A DNA stretch of 64,000 nt, taken from Patescibacteria group bacterium. Lineage in GTDB: Bacteria; Patescibacteriota; Minisyncoccia; Phycocordibacterales; UBA9973. Below, piece after piece: positions 59,791-64,000 of the stretch. The stretch spans positions 21,570 to 85,569 of the forward strand of contig JBBTUV010000001.1 of NCBI GenBank assembly GCA_038063535.1, written 5' to 3'. Both the position numbers and the translations under genes were made by a program. Under the pieces are notes generated by a model. The model was given only the letters and a program-made list of their open reading frames with translations, made no database searches and was not told the DNA's origin. Each line of letters begins with the position of its first letter. Position 1 is the stretch's first letter.

Positions 59791-60054
59791 TTACTCGAGA
59801 TTCATCTTTTTGACAAGCTTGTCATAGCGGGGCTTGTCTTTTCGCTCGAGATACTTAAGGTGCGCCCGGCGGTCAGCAACCATCTTGATAAGCCCTCGAC
59901 GTGAGTGATTATCCTTCTTGTGCTTCTTTAAGTGCTTGGCAAGCTCATCGATCTGCCCCGAAATCACTGCCACCTGAACCTCCGGACTACCGGTATCTTT
60001 GTCGTGGACCTGATTTTTCTTGATAACTGACTGCTTCTTTTTAGTCGATAGCAT
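59791..60054 (-). CDS. rpsO: 30S ribosomal protein S15
   Basis: 87 aa. GSPEVQVAVISGQIDELAKHLKKHKKDNHSRRGL...R..L.YL. Confidence 0.9.
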   Translation of the reverse strand: MLSTKKKQSVIKKNQVHDKDTGSPEVQVAVISGQIDELAKHLKKHKKDNHSRRGLIKMVADRRAHLKYLERKDKPRYDKLVKKMNLE

Positions 60055-60060
60055 TTGCTT

Positions 60061-60089
60061 ACTCTAGCATAAAAATTAGATTTTTGCAA
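60061..60089 (-). promoter_or_regulatory. candidate rpsO promoter (TTGCAA-N17-TAGAGT on minus strand), implying a very short or absent leader
   Basis: -35 at 60084-60089, -10 complement ACTCTA at 60061-60066. The ATG complement is at 60052-60054. Confidence 0.3.
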
Positions 60090-60099
60090 CTTTACCATA

Positions 60100-60145
60100 A
60101 AAAACTACGGGCTGGGGCGCGCTTGTTGCTGCGCACACCAGCCCT
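60100..60145 (-). terminator. intrinsic terminator (GGGCTGG...CCAGCCC stem plus T-run on minus strand) after the GC-rich lipoprotein-like gene
   Basis: Minus-strand reading GGGCTGGTGTGCGCAGCAACAAGCGCGCCCCAGCCCGTAGTTTTTT. Confidence 0.45.
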
Positions 60146-60158
60146 TCGCTCTGGCCCC

Positions 60159-60689
60159 TCACTCTTGAGAGAGGGGCTCCTTGGTCCATCGGCTGGACCT
60201 GGCCTTGTTGACCTGGACCACCATCACCCCTACCCAACTGGTCATGAGGGCGACGATAGCGAGTGCCCACAGCGTCTTGCTCCCAGCCGCTTCAGCGGCG
60301 CAGAGCTTTGCAGGCACGTTGTAGGTGCCCGATGGGATCGGCACTATCCAGCCAATCCCCCGACGCCACTTCGCCTTGGCGATCGCCCGAGCAGCGACTG
60401 GGTCGCTTTCCCCCCAGCGCCGCCAACGGCCACGGCCCTGCTCGTCGAGCGCACCTGCGGACTTACAAAGCTCCGCAGTGGCCGTGAAGAGATCGCTCCC
60501 TTGCGCGAGGAAAAACTTCTGCGGAAGCGGCTTGGTAGGCTCGCGGCGCTCAATGGTGCACCCTGCGAGCACTCCGATGATTACCGCCATGAAGGCGGTC
60601 CCACACCAGCGGTGCAGCATCGTCTTTTCCCTTTCGGAAACGGCCAGTAAAACTAGCCTGGTTGAACTCCGTAAAAGATTATAGCACAA
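60159..60689 (-). CDS. hypothetical GC-rich lipoprotein-like protein (probable start at the internal Met)
   Basis: MLHRWCGTAFMAVIIGVLAGCTIER fits a signal + lipobox (LAGC). Strand choice over the overlapping + ORF 60084..60650 is tentative. Confidence 0.3.
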   Translation of the reverse strand: MCYNLLRSSTRLVLLAVSEREKTMLHRWCGTAFMAVIIGVLAGCTIERREPTKPLPQKFFLAQGSDLFTATAELCKSAGALDEQGRGRWRRWGESDPVAARAIAKAKWRRGIGWIVPIPSGTYNVPAKLCAAEAAGSKTLWALAIVALMTSWVGVMVVQVNKARSSRWTKEPLSQE

Positions 60690-60746
60690 CTAGTTGGATT
60701 TTGCAAATCATACCCGCGTCGCACAATATTTTGATATAATTTCCTT

Positions 60747-61700
60747 GTGGCACAAGAAATCGACAAACTCCACCGGGAATTCATGGAATATCTCGAGATC
60801 GAGCGCGGGGCGGCGCAGAGGACGATCGAAAATTATGGGCCGTACCTCTCGCGCTTTTTCGAACAAGCGAAGATAAAAAAAGTTCCGGACATCAACCCGG
60901 ACTCGGTGCGCGAATTCCGTCTCTGGCTCAACCGCCAGCCAGTCGGGCGCGGGAAAGATAGAACACAAACGACCTCGAAGAAGACGCAGAATTATTACAT
61001 GATCGCGCTGCGGATGTTCCTCAAATATCTCGCGAAGCGCGAAATCCCTGCGATGCCGAGCGATCAGATCGAGCTTGCGAAAGTCTCGGACCGCTCGCTT
61101 GATCTTATCACCCCTACCGAGCTCGAGCGGCTCTTGGAAGCGCCGGAAGGAAACGATGTGAAGAGCCTGCGAGACCGAGCTCTCCTTGAGCTTCTTTTTT
61201 CAACTGGTCTGCGAGTTGGCGAGCTCTGTTCGCTCTCGCGGAACATCAATGCAAACTCTGAAGAGCTCTCCGTGCGCGGCAAGGGTGGGAAAGTGCGGGT
61301 GGTTTTCATCTCGCCCCGGGCTCGCGCGGCTCTCAAAAAATATCTGGATACGCGCAAGGATATGGAAGAGGGGCTTTTTGTGCGAGTCGATGAAATTGAA
61401 AGTAGTGTGAAAGAGAAAACAAAAAATAAAAAATATACGGGCAAGGAGTATGGCAGTTTGGACCGCCGCAGCGTGGAGCGGATCGTAAAACATTACGCGA
61501 CCAAAGCAGGCATCGCGAAGCGCGTGACCCCGCACGTCATCCGCCATTCCTTCGCCACCGACCTGCTTCAAAACGGCGCAGACATCCGCTCGGTGCAAGT
61601 CATGCTCGGCCACGCCAACATTTCAACCACGCAAATCTACACCCACGTCACGGATAAAGCACTAAGAGAGGTGCATAAGAAATTTCACTCAAGAAAATGA
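60747..61700 (+). CDS. xerD: tyrosine site-specific recombinase XerC/XerD family
   Basis: N-terminal SAM-like domain (HREFMEYLEIERGAAQRTIENY). Catalytic R...HVIRHSFATDLLQNGADIRSVQVMLGHANISTTQIYTHV (R-H-R-Y). Confidence 0.85.
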   Translation: MAQEIDKLHREFMEYLEIERGAAQRTIENYGPYLSRFFEQAKIKKVPDINPDSVREFRLWLNRQPVGRGKDRTQTTSKKTQNYYMIALRMFLKYLAKREIPAMPSDQIELAKVSDRSLDLITPTELERLLEAPEGNDVKSLRDRALLELLFSTGLRVGELCSLSRNINANSEELSVRGKGGKVRVVFISPRARAALKKYLDTRKDMEEGLFVRVDEIESSVKEKTKNKKYTGKEYGSLDRRSVERIVKHYATKAGIAKRVTPHVIRHSFATDLLQNGADIRSVQVMLGHANISTTQIYTHVTDKALREVHKKFHSRK

Positions 61701-62491
61701 AAATTTTTTCTTGGAACATCAACGGCATAAGGGCAGTACATAAGAAGGGACTTCTCATGCCTTTCGTTGAAAAATATAAGCCGGACATCATTTGCTTTCA
61801 GGAAACGAAAGCCGAGCAGAACCAGAGCGAGGTGGACCTGCCTGAATATGAAGAATACTGGAATTCTGCTGAGAAAAAAGGCTACAGCGGCACCGCGATT
61901 TTCACTAAGATAAAACCGCTTTCGGTAATTAATGACCTTCCGGAGGAAATCTCAAAAAAATATAATTTGTTGGATAAGTACGGCAACCCGAACACCGAAG
62001 GGCGGGTAATCGCCGCTGAATTTAAAGATTTTTACTTGGTGAATATCTACACGCCGAACGCGAAAGACGATCTCTCGCGGATTCCCCTACGGCACAAAAT
62101 TTGGGACCCGATATTTCTCGAATATTTGAAAAGCTTAGAAAAAAAGAAACCTGTAATTTTCTGCGGCGACCTAAATGTCGCGCACACTCCCCTTGACCTC
62201 GCCCGGCCCAAAGAAAACGAAGGCCGGAAGGGCTTCACGCTCGAGGAGCGCGAAGGAATTGATAACATTATCGAGGCCGGATACCTAGATACTTTCCGAA
62301 TATTCGAAAAAGGCGGCGGGCACTACAGTTGGTGGACACATTTCGCGAACGCCCGCGCGCGCAACATCGGCTGGCGCATAGATTATTTCTTTGCAAGCTC
62401 CAAACTTAAAAACAAAATAAAATCCGCCGGCATTCTTTCCGCCGTCATGGGCTCTGACCATGCACCTGTATGGCTTGAGCTTTCTTTTTGA
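61697..62491 (+). CDS. xth: exodeoxyribonuclease III / AP endonuclease
   Basis: MKIFSWNINGIR, CFQETK, GDLNVAH, C-terminal SDHAPV. 4-nt overlap with xerD. Confidence 0.9.
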   Translation: MKIFSWNINGIRAVHKKGLLMPFVEKYKPDIICFQETKAEQNQSEVDLPEYEEYWNSAEKKGYSGTAIFTKIKPLSVINDLPEEISKKYNLLDKYGNPNTEGRVIAAEFKDFYLVNIYTPNAKDDLSRIPLRHKIWDPIFLEYLKSLEKKKPVIFCGDLNVAHTPLDLARPKENEGRKGFTLEEREGIDNIIEAGYLDTFRIFEKGGGHYSWWTHFANARARNIGWRIDYFFASSKLKNKIKSAGILSAVMGSDHAPVWLELSF

Positions 62492-62503
62492 TATAATTTA
62501 GAC

Positions 62504-63130
62504 ATGTCCCACACCCGACTTGATCAACTCTCCGACGGCATCTTCGCCATTGTGATGACGATCCTGGTTTTTGAAATTAAAATACCCGACTTTTCCCCGA
62601 CAAGCAATCTGGATCTTTGGATTGCGATCAAAGACCTGACTCCGGCTTTTGTGAGTTACATTCTTTCTTTCGCCCTCCTTTTCACCTACTGGCGAGCGCA
62701 CCACTTTTTCATTTCAATTTACGCCAAGAACGTGGACGTGCACCTGACCAACATAAATGCGCTCTTCTTCCTCTTCATCGCGCTTATCCCTTCGACCTCA
62801 TCCCTCCTTTCACGTTTTTCCGAGAACGAGCTCGCCGTCTCGATCTTCGGTATACATATCATACTAATCGGCCTTACTCTCTTCTGGATGCGCCGCTACG
62901 TCCTATATTCCGAGCACATCAAGAACCCTTCAATCGCGCCACGGGAAATTCACGGCTCGACCGTCCGCACGATGATCCCAATTGTCTTCGCGCTTATCGC
63001 CATCCCTCTTTCTTTCCTCTCGACCGGGCTATCGCTCCTTCTCTTCACCCTCGCGGTCCTTTTTAACCTCACCCCCGCCAGCACCCGCTTTTTCGAAAAA
63101 TTTTTCCCGCCTTCCGGCGCTAACTCTTAG
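62504..63130 (+). CDS. DUF1211/TMEM175-family membrane protein (putative K+ channel)
   Basis: RLDQLSDGIFAIVMTILVFEIKIP matches the RxxxFSDGVFAIAITLLVLE signature helix. About 6 TM. Confidence 0.65.
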   Translation: MSHTRLDQLSDGIFAIVMTILVFEIKIPDFSPTSNLDLWIAIKDLTPAFVSYILSFALLFTYWRAHHFFISIYAKNVDVHLTNINALFFLFIALIPSTSSLLSRFSENELAVSIFGIHIILIGLTLFWMRRYVLYSEHIKNPSIAPREIHGSTVRTMIPIVFALIAIPLSFLSTGLSLLLFTLAVLFNLTPASTRFFEKFFPPSGANS

Positions 63131-63914
63131 TCTCCTCATCCAATCTCTTGGCTTCTTTCCAGGAAAGCTCATATATGGTTTTCATCGCCTCAGCAATCTC
63201 GGCACTCTCAATGATGATGCCCAATTTTTCCCGCCAAGAGGCGATCATCACCTTATTATCATAGATGTTTATCTCTGGAGTGAAATGAAAAATATTTTCC
63301 GGGACGAGTGCGCTCTCTCTTAATTCTTCCTTGTCTTTACTTTTTCGCTCTCTGCCTTCGGCACTATTGGGAATCACCGCGCGGATTTTGATATTTTTCT
63401 CTGCCCGTCGCTTAAAATACTCTGGAAAGTAGCCGGGTAATCCCCGATACATGTTTTCGATATCTGCATACGCACGAATTGGCTCGCGTGATGTCAACGT
63501 ATCTTCGTAAACTCTCCTTATTCCCTCTTCGCCTTCATAAAACATCACCTTGGGGCGGTTGCTGACGTTGTGAACCGACTTAAGTTGTGGAATTAATGAG
63601 TCATTCGCATCGTCGAGGTCGGTTTTTCGCTTCGCGAGCTCTGCTTCAAGATAAATTTTTAAGTTATCGGGCGATTCCGCGACATATTCTTGCTTGGGCT
63701 CCTTGCCGGTAAGTGTAACGAGCCCCTTATCAAAGAGCGAGCTTAAAATATCATATACAGTAGTGCGAACAATGTGGGCTCGACGAGCAATTTTCGAAGC
63801 CGTCCCCTGCCCCAACGCAAGAATGGAGAGGTAGACATCGGCTTCTTTCTCCTTTAGGCCAACATCGATCAGTAAATTTTTTAGTTCATTATTCTCTCTA
63901 TTCTCTTTTGCCAT
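63120..63914 (-). CDS. TrmB-family transcriptional regulator
   Basis: N-terminal wHTH LSILALGQGTASKIARRAHIVRTTVYDILSSLFDKGLV. C-terminal TrmB-like sensor domain. Confidence 0.65.
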   Translation of the reverse strand: MAKENRENNELKNLLIDVGLKEKEADVYLSILALGQGTASKIARRAHIVRTTVYDILSSLFDKGLVTLTGKEPKQEYVAESPDNLKIYLEAELAKRKTDLDDANDSLIPQLKSVHNVSNRPKVMFYEGEEGIRRVYEDTLTSREPIRAYADIENMYRGLPGYFPEYFKRRAEKNIKIRAVIPNSAEGRERKSKDKEELRESALVPENIFHFTPEINIYDNKVMIASWREKLGIIIESAEIAEAMKTIYELSWKEAKRLDEETKS

Positions 63915-64000
63915 ACATAAAGTATAGCAACTAAATTAATTGTGTCAACTTTTTTCGACAAAAATATGTAAGATTGGCAATATATATTGCAAATAAAGGA

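Noticed and set aside
60084-60650. 188-aa + strand ORF overlapping the minus-strand lipoprotein-like ORF 60159..60689
   Set aside because: The minus-strand frame has a plausible signal/lipobox and a C-terminal TM. The + frame is Arg/Leu/Pro-rich with no features. The strand choice remains low-confidence because the segment is GC-rich and both frames are open.
60690-60746. Candidate xerD promoter (TTGCAA ... TATAAT)
   Set aside because: The spacer between the hexamers is about 28 nt, too long for a sigma-70 promoter. An off-by-one ambiguity in my position count around the xerD start codon also makes fine mapping here unreliable.

Overview
This 64-kb window is dense, mostly housekeeping bacterial chromosome. 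About 65 protein genes can be supported, many of them overlapping by 1-4 nt. No rRNA, tRNA or CRISPR array could be identified by eye. Gene content and the truncated architectures of RecO, trigger factor and PGK suggest a streamlined, possibly CPR/Patescibacteria-like genome. This phylum assignment is inference only.

Recognisable genes are ftsK (3' part), recA, efp, the rpsF-ssb-rpsR operon, tatD, and four aminoacyl-tRNA synthetases (metG, glyQS, ileS, argS). A nucleotide-metabolism run follows (dut, tmk, a NUDIX gene, glyA). Further genes are a split ComEC, sodA, rnhA, recJ, a HIT gene, pgk-tpiA, nusA, a membrane H+-pyrophosphatase, tig-clpP, rny, hup, lexA, comM, a dksA-like gene, rpsO-NYN-pnp, xerD-like, xth and a trmB-like gene.

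The most unusual items are:
- a 1281-aa IleRS carrying an inserted histidine-phosphatase domain and a C-terminal HD phosphohydrolase domain;
- a surface/host-interaction locus: a type IV pilus module (three prepilin-like genes convergent with pilC-pilB) next to three large secreted proteins. These are a protein with two SH3b-like domains and poly-proline linkers, a 1292-aa adhesin-like protein with tandem Cys/Asp-rich repeats, and a signal-peptide protein with an HExxH motif and a poly-Pro linker;
- a PaaX-like (Cas2-fold) regulator gene bracketed by two ~40-bp direct repeats that have a palindromic GCGGCCGC core. Each repeat sits upstream of a minus-strand gene, so it is probably an operator;
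- a perfect Cheo-type LexA box (GAAC-N4-GTTC inside an 18-bp palindrome) upstream of a small gene that is co-transcribed with lexA;
- a 59-codon Arg-rich/polyacidic ORF in a GC-rich islet downstream of clpP.

All calls rest on reading the six-frame translations and the nucleotide sequence. No database searches were run.
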